This document shows, in pieces, positions 14,875-27,275 of a stretch of DNA of 64,000 nt. Below the pieces are notes generated by a model that had not been told where the DNA came from, did no database searches, and saw only the letters and a program-made list of their open reading frames with translations. Position 1 is the stretch's first letter, and every line of letters starts with the position of its first letter. Both the position numbers and the translations under genes were made by a program. Source of the stretch: Octopus vulgaris (taxonomy: Eukaryota); the NCBI GenBank assembly GCA_951406725.2, contig OX597819.1, positions 19,096,001-19,160,000 of the forward strand, read 5' to 3'.

Positions 14875-15021
14875 AAAACTGTTCGACGAACGGGAACGTG
14901 AAAGTCTGAGCAGCAGTTTTTGTGATATCTCTGCTGCTTTTAATAAAGTATATTACTCAACCTCTGGTATTTCAGTACCCATTTTTACCAACTTAATTCA
15001 CAATTATGTGCTTACTCCGGT
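14875..15021 (+). mobile_element. Dispersed repeat (probable PLE pLTR fragment) with degenerate type I hammerhead at 14875-14920
   Basis: Homologous to the reverse complement of 40958-41100. Reads aaaactgt-TCGACGA-acg ggaa cgt-GAAA-gtctgag-CA-gcagtttt and ends in a (TA)n tract. Confidence 0.55.
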
Positions 15022-15451
15022 ATATATATATATGTATACATAAAGGTGGCTATCATATGTATGTTTGTTTTGTGTTCAGATAGAAAATCTAACGGGTTAC
15101 TCTATGCTTTTGTAGAGTAGAAATATATTCTTAAATCAGAATCATGTCGACAGCAATTTCAAAGTTACCGTCAGCTAAATCGCTGTCACATATACTTGTG
15201 TGAGTGTGTGTGAGTGTGCACGTGTGTGAGTGTGTGTCTGTGTGTGCATGTGTGTGCGTATGTCCGTGCGTTCGTGTTGGTTTGGAGCGTGCGGTTTGTT
15301 GACTTAAGATGTAGCGTTTATAATCGGAAGATTAGAGTTTCGAATTGTGGACAGGTCGATGTTTAGTCTTTTTGAGTATACCGCTTCATTTCCCGCTGCT
15401 CAATCAAATCGTGAGTGTCCTTTCATCCTTTTATGATAAACGTATATGTAA

Positions 15452-15503
<52 letters not shown>

Positions 15504-15692
15504 GCTTGTGTGCCTGCGCGTGGTCATATTTCAAGTACACCTCTTTTTTGTCATAGGCTCATTTTCTATTGTCGTTTCCTTTTACATATAAGCGTATGTA
15601 AATCTATTTGTGCGTGTGTGCAAAGAGAGAAGAAACATTTAGAGATATGGATAGTAAGAGATATCTACATCTAGATATCTATTTATACAAGG

Positions 15693-16152
<460 letters not shown>

Positions 16153-16924
16153 TGTAATTCTTCCCCTCATTGAAACTTTGCAACTGCGCTAAACATCTCC
16201 AGGATTCGTCATATAGAAGATTTGATATGCACACAGCTAAATTTAGAGTAATTTTCTGAACTCTCACACTGTACAATTAATTTTCTGTGCCATTAACTGC
16301 TAACTTCTATTTCTTTCTCTATTCTTTATTCGCAGCGAAATTTTATCAGAATGGTCTCTTCCGGTTTTTAAGCTTTGTGAGTAGAGCTCCGCGAAATAAT
16401 AGTGATTAATTTCCCGAAACAAGGCGATTGGTTTAAAGAGGAATATAGTATTCTGCAAGACAGCTTGAATAGATCACTAAACATGGCAATGTGTATTCTT
16501 AGAGCTCGGTTTCCCGGTTGCTATTCTTTTGCCATTAATCTGTAAGGTTGTGGAAGCCAGTGCTAGGTGAATTATGAAATTCTATCGCCAGGAAACAGGC
16601 AATGATCGGACAAGGAATGGTAATGGCTATTAGTGCGTGTAATGGTTTTACCTGCGGCTCTACGTTGTCCATCATCAAACAGAGTTTACAGAGGTGTGTG
16701 TGCATGCATATATACGTGTGTGCCTGTATGTGTGACGTGTGTATGATGTATCTCTCCGTGTGTGTGTGTGTGTGAGCGTATGCGCAAGAGAAAAAAGAAG
16801 AGAGTCACAGAGTCGAGAACATCTGGAATAATATATGAAGGTAAATTCACAAAATCACTCAGGAAGCACTTACGTACAACTGCACACATACTCGTGCGTG
16901 TATCGTGCGTATATATATATATAT

Positions 16925-16977
<53 letters not shown>

Positions 16978-17050
16978 TTTATATATATATATATATATTT
17001 ATATAAATATATATATAGATATGAACGCACAAAATGTGTGTGATTGTATT

Positions 17051-17120
<70 letters not shown>

Positions 17121-17428
17121 CATATATATATATATATATGCATATATAATGAAGGGTGAAATTAATTAATTTGGAATAATTATCAATTACACCAAGTAGT
17201 CTTCGGCATGTAAAAGTCTCATTCGAGGAAAATTTAAGTAATACTAAGCAATAAGGGTTCAGCAACGAATTGCCTTACCACATACCGAATTTAGAAATAG
17301 CAGTCAAAGGGTTATAGCTATTTCTTCTACTAAAAAGGAGATCTCAGTAAAAACAGCAATTGGAAGGCTGACACAAACAGGTAAGAGAGAATGAATTGAC
17401 TGCAATCTATCATACATTTTTTAAGTTA

Positions 17429-17535
17429 TCTACGGACGTACGTTTCGAAATCAAGTTTTTAGGAAAGCATAAGAATTAAATATTAAATATTAAATAATTC
17501 TATCTTACCGAAACTTCTTTTCTCTTCAGCGTAGA
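17429..17535 (-). ncRNA. Type I hammerhead ribozyme, copy 1
   Basis: Minus strand reads tctacg-CTGAAGA-[76-nt stem II, gaaa...tttc]-GAAA-cgtacg-TC-cgtaga. It has a 6-bp stem I, an intact core, palindromic stem III (ACGUACGU) and a GUC triplet. Predicted cleavage falls between 17435 and 17434. Confidence 0.85.
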
Positions 17536-18027
17536 ATACTATAATCATAAATGATTATATATTGAATTTTGAGATACTAGGAGGCACCAACTCAACTCAG
17601 TATCAGAGCGAGCTAGAATCCGCAACTAGTATCACCGAATTCAAATTTGTGAATGAAACGATTGTGTCAACAGCCCTTCCCACCCGCGTGTAGCCAAAAC
17701 AAGATGCTGTGGTCATCTACTGAGATAAAATATGGTTATCCGTAATAATGAAGGGTGAAATTAATTAATTTGGAATAATTATCAATTACACCAAGTAGTC
17801 TTCGGCATGTAAAAGTCTCATTCGAGGAAAATTTAAGTAATACTAAGCAATAAGGGTTCAGCAACGAATTGCCTTACCACATACCGAATTTAGAAATAGC
17901 AGTCAAAGGGTTATAGCTATTTCTTCTACTAAAAAGGAGATCTCAGTAAAAACAGCAATTGGAAGGCTGACACAAACAGGTAAGAGAGAATGAATTGACT
18001 GCAATCTATCATACATTTTTTAAGTTA

Positions 18028-18134
18028 TCTACGGACGTACGTTTCGAAATCAAGTTTTTAGGAAAGCATAAGAATTAAATATTAAATATTAAATAATTCT
18101 ATCTTACCGAAACTTCTTTTCTCTTCAGCGTAGA
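18028..18134 (-). ncRNA. Type I hammerhead ribozyme, copy 2
   Basis: Identical to copy 1. Confidence 0.85.
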
Positions 18135-18628
18135 ATACTATAATCATAAATGATTATATATTGAATTTTGAGATACTAGGAGGCACCAACTCAACTCAGT
18201 ATCAGAGCGAGCTAGAATCCGCAACTAGTATCACCGAATTCAAATTTGTGAATGAAACGATTGTGTCAACAGCCCCTTCCCACCCGCGTGTAGCCAAAAC
18301 AAGATGCTGTGGTCATCTACTGAGATAAAATATGGTTATCCGTAATAATGAAGGGTGAAATTAATTAATTTGGAATAATTATCAATTACACCAAGTAGTC
18401 TTCGGCATGTAAAAGTCTCATTCGAGGAAAATTTAAGTAATACTAAGCAATAAGGGTTCAGCAACGAATTGCCTTACCACATACCGAATTTAGAAATAGC
18501 AGTCAAAGGGTTATAGCTATTTCTTCTACTAAAAAGGGAGATCTCAGTAAAAACAGCAATTGGAAGGCTGACACAAACAGGTAAGAGAGAATGAATTGAC
18601 TGCAATCTATCATACATTTTTTAAGTTA

Positions 18629-18735
18629 TCTACGGACGTACGTTTCGAAATCAAGTTTTTAGGAAAGCATAAGAATTAAATATTAAATATTAAATAATTC
18701 TATCTTACCGAAACTTCTTTTCTCTTCAGCGTAGA
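18629..18735 (-). ncRNA. Type I hammerhead ribozyme, copy 3
   Basis: Identical to copy 1. Confidence 0.85.
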
Positions 18736-19229
18736 ATACTATAATCATAAATGATTATATATTGAATTTTGAGATACTAGGAGGCACCAACTCAACTCAG
18801 TATCAGAGCGAGCTAGAATCCGCAACTAGTATCACCGAATTCAAATTTGTGAATGAAACGATTGTGTCAACAGCCCCTTCCCACCCGCGTGTAGCCAAAA
18901 CAAGATGCTGTGGTCATCTACTGAGATAAAATATGGTTATCCGTAATAATGAAGGGTGAAATTAATTAATTTGGAATAATTATCAATTACACCAAGTAGT
19001 CTTCGGCATGTAAAAGTCTCATTCGAGGAAAATTTAAGTAATACTAAGCAATAAGGGTTCAGCAACGAATTGCCTTACCACATACCGAATTTAGAAATAG
19101 CAGTCAAAGGGTTATAGCTATTTCTTCTACTAAAAAGGGAGATCTCAGTAAAAACAGCAATTGGAAGGCTGACACAAACAGGTAAGAGAGAATGAATTGA
19201 CTGCAATCTATCATACATTTTTTAAGTTA

Positions 19230-19336
19230 TCTACGGACGTACGTTTCGAAATCAAGTTTTTAGGAAAGCATAAGAATTAAATATTAAATATTAAATAATT
19301 CTATCTTACCGAAACTTCTTTTCTCTTCAGCGTAGA
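19230..19336 (-). ncRNA. Type I hammerhead ribozyme, copy 4
   Basis: Identical to copy 1. Confidence 0.85.
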
Positions 19337-19642
19337 ATACTATAATCATAAATGATTATATATTGAATTTTGAGATACTAGGAGGCACCAACTCAACTCA
19401 GTATCAGAGCGAGCTAGAATCCGCAACTAGTATCACCGAATTCAAATTTGTGAATGAAACGATTGTGTCAACAGCCCCTTCCCACCCGCGTGTAGCCAAA
19501 ACAAGATGCTGTGGTCATCTACTGAGATAAAATATGGTTATCCGTAATAATGAAGGGTGAAATTAATTAATTTGGAATAATTATCAATTACACATATACA
19601 TATACATTTTTGTATATATAAATATATATATAGCTACATGTT

Positions 19643-19699
<57 letters not shown>

Positions 19700-20039
19700 A
19701 TGTATATATATATACATATATGTATATATATATATATATATATATTCATATGTACATGCATATCCCTAAATATATGTATGTTCGTACGATTTGTACCAGT
19801 GTGCATTTGTATGTCTGTGAACGAGTGTAACTGCATGCGTTTTTCTCCGCATAATGATACTATACTAATCTTTTGCTACGCTTGCCTTTTTCGAACGAAC
19901 CGACGTCGCTTAAGATTTGGAAATGCTCAGTTCATCACTCTGACCCTACGATATATTTTCGTTTCATGCTTCTATCAGAACAAACATGCGTTTGATTCGT
20001 TATAATTACAACGTATATGTGCATATATTTTTTTATCCC

Positions 20040-20264
20040 TCACCTTTTTATTTGTTTCACTTATTTGATTGAGGACATACTGGAGCAGCACATTGAAGGG
20101 ATTTACTGGAACAAATCGCTCGCACGACCTAGGTTTTCCTATTATTTCTAAAGCCTAGTACTTCTGTTATCGGCCTCTTATACACACACACACACACGCA
20201 AACGCACATACACTCACATACAAACACACACACACACACATAGATATATATCTTTGTGTGTGTT

Positions 20265-20303
<39 letters not shown>

Positions 20304-20510
20304 ATCTATGCGTGTGTCTTTGTGCCTATGTTTGTCTCCCATCACTGCTTGACAACAAGTGGTGGTGTGTTTACGTTTTCGTGCCCACCGCTACGGCATA
20401 AGCGACCGAAAGAATAATTACATGGCTTAATTAAAATAATGTCCTGAAGTCGATTTCTTTCACTAAAACCCTTCGAGGCGTACCCCAGCATGGCCTAGTC
20501 AAATTACCAA
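20040..20510. mobile_element. Two degenerate family-1 SINE 3' halves in opposite orientation around a (CA)/(TG) tract
   Basis: 20040-20180 matches the minus-strand tail (ttgtttca.t.atttga...catactggagca, aagcctagtact). 20280-20510 matches the plus-strand tail (gcttgacaac, ggtgtgtttacg, ccagcatggcc..gtcaaat). Confidence 0.6.
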
Positions 20511-21542
20511 AGTATCGAAACGACTTCGGTTCATAATTTCAAAGGCAAGCTTAGAATTCATTAATTTATTGTTATCCGAGAAAACCCTTATTTACTGGAA
20601 TGTCGGCTAGATGTCAGACGCCAAACTTCTCAGATATAGCCAACTTTATATTTCTTCATCGTCCTTCATGTTATTTGGCATGAAGAAAATATAATCTCAC
20701 AGCCATTTGTAGCAAATTGTTGCCGAACGTTGCTTCGGTTTTCATTTTATTTAAATCATTGGCAAATAATGCTAAATTTTATATTGTTCTTTGGCTTTAT
20801 AAATCCAAGGAAACATGTTTAATTAATAAATCAGATTTTGGAATAAAACATTGAAAAATTTCAAACGTGCACATCTGCAAGTGAAATACGTGTTTGGGGC
20901 ATTAATTTTATTCAACAGCTACAAACTTATCATGAAACCACTCTGCAGAATAGTTGAAAATTTCCACAAAGAGACAAATCATAGAAAGAAAGAAAAGAAA
21001 AATGTGTGCTAAATTTGAGAAAAGAATTTAAAATAAAATAAAATTTGATGTAAAAAATAATGTAATTAACACAATTATATTTTTATTTTCGTAACAGCTT
21101 TTCTACTTCTAATTCTTTATAAATTTTACTTGTAATATTTTTTTAATATTTTCAATTTGTATATTTCTGTTTTGGGGTAGGGGGTTCAAATCTGCAAATG
21201 ATTTGGTAATTTGGTTTTCATAGAATTCATAACGAATATAGTTATTGAATATAACTATTTTTAAACTCGAATCCCGGAAGAATAGAATAAACGCCGTCAG
21301 ATCTATTTGAAGATCAGATAAAAAAAAATCTTCAACTAAATTAAAATGGAATTCACACTAATCAATAGTGCCTCATACAAAGGGACAAGGAATGTTTTTC
21401 TGGACCAAATTCTGGATGGTTAATTACCAAATTCTTCAAATAGAAAATGACACAAAAATAGTAAAGATAGACCCAAAATAGTTTTATTATTATCATTTTT
21501 ATTATGCACACACACACACACACACTTATGTATGTATGTATG

Positions 21543-21586
<44 letters not shown>

Positions 21587-22541
21587 TCTCTCTCTCTCTG
21601 TTTCTCTCTCTATATATATATATAGCAAACATTCGTTTTATTCATGGGATATACGTAGAATTCACATTTATGAACCAGCAGAATCCATTCCGAATCAGGT
21701 GGCATTCGGGTTAATTGACTTTGTGAATTCTAGATAAAATGCTTCGTGTCCTCTTCGAAGAACGTTGTGTAGGTGTCGATAAATATGCTGAAATAAGTAA
21801 CATGAGGCGAGATAAGGTGAAATATTGAAATGTCAAATTAGATATATCCGCAGGATTGGTTGTCGTCTTGGAGAAAATATCTAGGGTGATTATATTATGC
21901 CTCTTATGATATACTATAATGTATGTGTGTGTGTGTGGGGGGGTATACGCAGATAACACATATACCAATACTTACTAGCTACGCACACGATAGAAAATAT
22001 AACGCCGAATAAACCTTTCTGTAGATACAAGATCAATAAACGCTCCATCAAGGTTTTGGGACGAAAATTATATGTAATTTAAAGTTGAACACCTCAAAGC
22101 TTTCCTCTATCAATACACAATATTAAATGCAATGTATGTAAAATAAAATGCGTACGGAAGTACTGTAATCCGTACGTAACCTGGGCCTTCAAATGTGCTG
22201 ACGATGTATTGTTTTCACGGGCTGCTTATTAAACTAGCAATATAATAATTAACAGCTTGCTGAATGCATTCAAAGACTTTTCAGATGAAAAGGAGAGAAA
22301 CTGTGTTGTTCCTGTGGTCAACATTTGTCCTCAGCCGTCCTGATTATTACTTCCACTTCTTGTCATTGTATAATGTAACATTAATGGGAAAATCTTGATG
22401 CAAACATATTGCGTGACACAAAGATTTCTTAAATGCGACAGGAAAGCTACTGGGTATTTTGCAAGAAGTAAGACTGTTCTTAACAGCAGGAGATCGGGAA
22501 TGATAAGCAGAAATGTATTCCAGTAATATATTGGCAACATT

Positions 22542-22850
22542 ATTCCGTCAAGGTCGACTTTGCCTTTCATCCTTTCGAGGTCGATTAAATAAGTACCAGT
22601 TACGCACTGGGGTCGATAAAATCGACTTAATCTGATTGTCTGTCCTTGTATGTTCTCTCTGTGTTTAGCCCTTTGTGGGTAGTAAAGAAATATGTATCAG
22701 GTCTGTCTTTACGAATTCAAATTCTGGCGAGATCGAATTTGCCTTTCATCCATTCACGGTCGATAAATAAAGTACCATTTGCGTACGGGGGTTGATCTGA
22801 TCGACTGGCCCCCTCTCCAAAATTTCGGGCCTTGTGTCTATAGTACAAAA
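22542..22850 (+). mobile_element. Two tandem partial SINEs, family 3
   Basis: The motif gactttgcctttcatcctttcgaggtcgat.aaataagtacca occurs twice and matches 59130-59360. Confidence 0.8.
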
Positions 22851-23699
22851 GAATTTCTTGGAATCATTTGCACCAATATTTGGTAACCGAATCTTTGATA
22901 ATAGCCGAACAAGGACTTATTGCATTACGCCAAAAGTTTTATGCTCACAATCTTGATTCAGGACAAGATATAGCGTCTGGTTTTGCAACGTCTTGTCCAA
23001 AGACAATGAAGAAGTTTCCGAAAGTCATATGGACCGTCTATACTCTGATAGAAATACAACAAGAGTCTAATTCACGTAAGAAACACAACTGACGGCAACA
23101 TATTTCAAATCCCTCGTTGAAAAATGTGAGATAAAGAAAGAGAATCTGTACAAGTGTAACAGCATCAATGGTAACGTACAAGCGGAAGTGATATGTGTGT
23201 GTGTGTATGGGCCTGTGTGTGTGTGTATATGTGTGCGTGTGCATGCGTGTTTCAATATGCCAATTTATATACCCTCAAACCACCTAGCTATCAGTGCTGA
23301 GCTGCTTAGGCATCCTTAACTTGGCAGTTCAGTAATAAAAAACCGATGGAATAAACTCCACATTTTAAATCCGACATAAGGCCTGCAGACCAAGATACTT
23401 CGAAGTGCTGTCCCAAATTGACCGTAACCCAATGATCGAAATAGTTACAGATAAAATACATCACATACAAAAGTTAGACTCGAACGGTGAATGTTTTTGC
23501 TGTATTAATTTTTCGGCTGGATAAATCATTACTCACATTTTGGCATATTTCGGAATCTAGCTGGAATGTCCAGCGAGAGTTGCTTGGCATCGAACAGTAT
23601 GGAGAAGGTGCCGATCGATTTTACACCCATGTCACAATCAGTTACTTTTTGCGAAGATGGATATATGCGCATCAACACACAAACACACACACACACATA

Positions 23700-23860
23700 C
23701 ACATTTCAATTTTCTCTCCCTGATTCTTTCTGTGTTCCTTTCTGTCGAAGAGCCTAGGCTCGAAACGTAAAAGACTTCCTCACTTCCCGAGCGTTACACT
23801 AATACATAATTTTTTTATTTACACATATGTTCGTCTTTTGTATTTTGTAAATTCTCACCA
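23700..23860 (+). mobile_element. PLE-type terminal-repeat fragment with variant hammerhead-like motif (23738-23773)
   Basis: Reads cttt-CTGTCGAA-gagc ctag gctc-GAAA-cg-TA-aaag. Homologous to 31415-31650 and 36075-36245, and lies between (CA)n and (TA)n tracts. Confidence 0.65.
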
Positions 23861-25797
23861 TATATATATATGTATGTATATATGCATACACATACACACA
23901 CATAGATATATACGTACATGTACTTTATCAATGAGTTCAGAACGTAACCGATGATTTCATGGTTTATTGGTACTCATCTGCATGTGACGAGTACCAACAC
24001 TTCTGTGTGTCACGTTTGAAAAAATTATGAAGATCCCCTCGCGTAAAACAATTGGTTATCTCATTAATCCACAAATAATAAATATACATCACGAGGGAAA
24101 GTTATTTGAGAATCCGATAGGTGTCAGTAGTATCAGTTACTAAGTGTAGTTAGAAAATATGGCGTCTTGAACTAGCATACATTGAAAACCTGTTGTCCGA
24201 AATGAATTTTGTGAACCTCATTTTTGCACAAAGCTTAGAGTAAATAAACTAAATACAATTTATACCTTCAGAGTCAAATACGTAACTAGATACACACTAT
24301 TTTATTTCAATTGATTATTTCACTAAAATATATCTCACATTACTGACCGATTTTTAAAAACAAGCTGATGATTCATTATAAATTCATAATGATATCCTTT
24401 TTGCGACTGATGTATTTTCGTAGGTTATTAACATATTGGCTATTTCGGCAAATAGTGTGGACAGTTATAGAGAGGAAATCTTACTTTTCAGGAAATTATT
24501 TGTTTATTGAAATGAAATTACATGCAAAATATAAGCATTGATTTATTTATGAGCATTTAACATGAACTTTTTGCTAGTTATTTCTCCAATAAATAGGTAA
24601 TGTGTCAGCTCGATAAATCTAAACAAATATCGATAAATCTAAACAAATATTCATTTACGATACATAAATACGTTATACTCTATCCATATTTGCTAAATAT
24701 CTTTGTACATAATGTTTTATAACATGTTTTAACAGTTTAAAACTGATATATATAAAAAGATGACATTTTGTGCGCTGAGTGGTACTAGAGCCACGTAGAT
24801 AACACCCAGATTATTCTGTAAGGTGGTCAAAATTAGGAAAAGCCTCAGATCATAGAAACCATGTCAAAAGCAACATTGTCATATGATGCATTCTTCTTGA
24901 TCACCAATTCATGCCGAACTGTTTAAGTTATGCTGGCACGGAAAACGGAGGTTAAATAACTGATGATGAGGCCATGGTGGTAGAAAATGAGTACAACCCA
25001 TCTGAATTTCCTAATAGACATATTTATGAGTGAAAGAGGATGGAACGCGAATGTTGGCTGTAGATATGTTATGTCTATGTGCTTCAGATCTTTTAAATCA
25101 TTCCTTTTAATTATAGCAACCGGATTCATAACTTATTGAAAGTCGTGATTTACAATGCAAGTTACGTTAATTGTACTACTTTTTATAAAAATAATTAGAC
25201 AAAGTAATTAATACATACAAATGAATTAGCTGCTGACGTCATTACAACAGTTGCTGTCGTATGTTTTATTTGTATTTGCAGCTTTAGACGCGTCATCTTT
25301 GCTGACATTTTCTCTACTCCGTGTCTGTGTACTGGGTAAATGTAAAAGAGTAGAATTTAAAATATTCGATAAATATACTTATTATCATTAAAATATAATA
25401 TTATTATAGATATAATAACCACTATTTATGTATGATAGCTTCATTTCCAAAGAAATTTCTTCACAAGCTTTTCGCTTGTAGTATATCGAGATATTTGAGA
25501 GATTACAATTGACATTGCCAGTAAAAATCTCTTTTTTCTGTATGACAACCCGTCGTTATTTGGTTTCACGAATGTTGTTAAAATGGCGGAACGGATAAAT
25601 CTGAGGAGAAATCAGTAGTAGTCTGTTTGACTGGAAAAATATATAAAGTACAACATATTTGAGGAATTCTGCGAAAATTCTCTCAAAATAAAAGAAACAA
25701 ATTATGTGTCCATTGACATAGAAAACTATTTGCAATGAGAATGGACGTCTAATTTATGAAACTGTCAAGAAAGAAATGAAAGGTAACGACTCGACTA

Positions 25798-26353
25798 CGA
25801 GGGTGAGTCAAAAAGTAACGCCATTTTGTTTAGGACATGTATAATTGCCAATACAGTAACATGTATCATACATCAAAATGAAGCTGGTCCTCTGTGGATC
25901 ACATCCCTACTTCTCAACACAGAGATCATTTCTCTCAATAGCGATGTTCTACCTTCGAATGAGAGCATGTATCCCTGCCCCGTAAAATTCTGTTGACCGT
26001 TCTTTGAGACACGTTTTCACTACCTCCACACCCACCAGATTTAGTACCTTCGGACTATCATCTCTTCGGCCCCATGAAAGAGAGTTTGAGAAGCAAGCAT
26101 TATTCCAGCGACGAGGAAGTGAACACTGTAGTGAACAAGTGGCTTAGAGAACAGTCAACAGAATTTTACGGGGCAGGAATATATGCTCTCATTCGAAGGT
26201 GGAACATTGCTACTGAGAGAAACGGTGACTATGTTGAGAAGTAGGGATGTGATTCACAGAGGACCAGCTTCATTTTGATGTATGAGACATGTTCCCATGT
26301 TGGTAATTATACCTGTCCTAAACAAAATAGCATTACTTTTTAACTCACCCTCG
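25798..26353. mobile_element. Mariner-derived foldback MITE built from two inverted 3' ends, with TA target-site duplications
   Basis: TA|cgagggtgagtcaaaaagtaa...ttactttttaactcaccctcg|TA. Inverted arms span ~25798-26023 and ~26128-26353. Confidence 0.92.
26035..26244 (+). pseudogene. Mariner (DD34D-type) transposase C-terminal fragment
   Basis: Translates without stops as PDLVPSDYHLFGPMKESLRSKHYSSDEEVNTVVNKWLREQSTEFYGAGIYALIRRWNIATERNGDYVEK*, matching the mariner YSPDLAPSDY...G.Y C-terminus. Confidence 0.9.
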
Positions 26354-27077
26354 TACTTTTGCGATGTTTCGCTGCTGATTTTGTCAGCTAAATTTTTCTT
26401 ACTATGTTCTCATCCTTGATCGTTTACTGATCAACTTTAATCGCTGATGAGTTACGATACCAACATTTTGGAGACAGATGTCTCTAGCAGCCCACTTGGC
26501 CGATGTGTTTTTTTTTATTTCAGTGTCATATTACAGAGAATGGGATTTGTGAATGTTTCACATATTGTCGTACTGATTTTTCGTGAGAGCCGCATTTTAA
26601 ACCACGTAGCTGATCGTTATGAGGTTTTCTATTTGTGTTTGAATGTTTAGAACAAAATTCGTTTGAGACCACTTCGTACCAGAAATTACGTTTGAATGAT
26701 GATTCGTTGAAATGATTTTAAGAAATCACTTTCTGAATAAGAAACAAATTTTCGAAGAATGTACTTTCTGTGTTTGGAGTTGATTGTAGTAACTAAAACT
26801 TGGTGGATTGATTTAATATGTGTATTTGTTTTCACGTTACAACTTAATACTATTTTGAAGTTACAACCTATTGTAATCACTACGGATGACAAATTTTTGA
26901 ATTTCGGTAATTCATTATATTCTTGCGCAAAGATTTATTGTCAGAGCATGGTTGATCTCCATTCTTATACGTTCTGTCATTGACAGTGTATCTTACCCTT
27001 TAGAATAAAAGAGCAACAAAAATGACAATAATATGAAGCTGGAAGAAACCATCTGTTAATAAAAGACGTTATATAGC

Positions 27078-27231
27078 AGACGCAGTCATGTGTGTGTGGT
27101 TCACAACCTCGCTTCACAACCATATGGTTTCGGTTTCAGTTCCTAGGTGCGGTATCTTCGGCAAGTGTCTCTACTACTATAGAAATGGGCGGCCCATTGC
27201 TTTATGAATGAATGTGGCAGATGTTTGTATG

Positions 27232-27275
<44 letters not shown>

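Larger units (their letters stand above)
17146..19593 (-). repeat. Tandem array of 4 x ~600-bp units plus a 47-bp partial unit; hammerhead-bearing retrozyme-like / PLE pLTR concatemer
   Basis: Units start at 17146, 17745, 18345 and 18946, and the partial unit at 19547 (lengths 599, 600, 601, 601). The only differences I saw are homopolymer indels (gg/ggg, ccc/cccc). Both flanks are (TA)n, and the track lists no ORF of 60 aa or more. Confidence 0.95.

Noticed and set aside
17146-19593. Array as CRISPR, rDNA, 5S or snRNA repeat
   Set aside because: There is no repeat-spacer structure and no recognisable rRNA, 5S or snRNA sequence in the unit.
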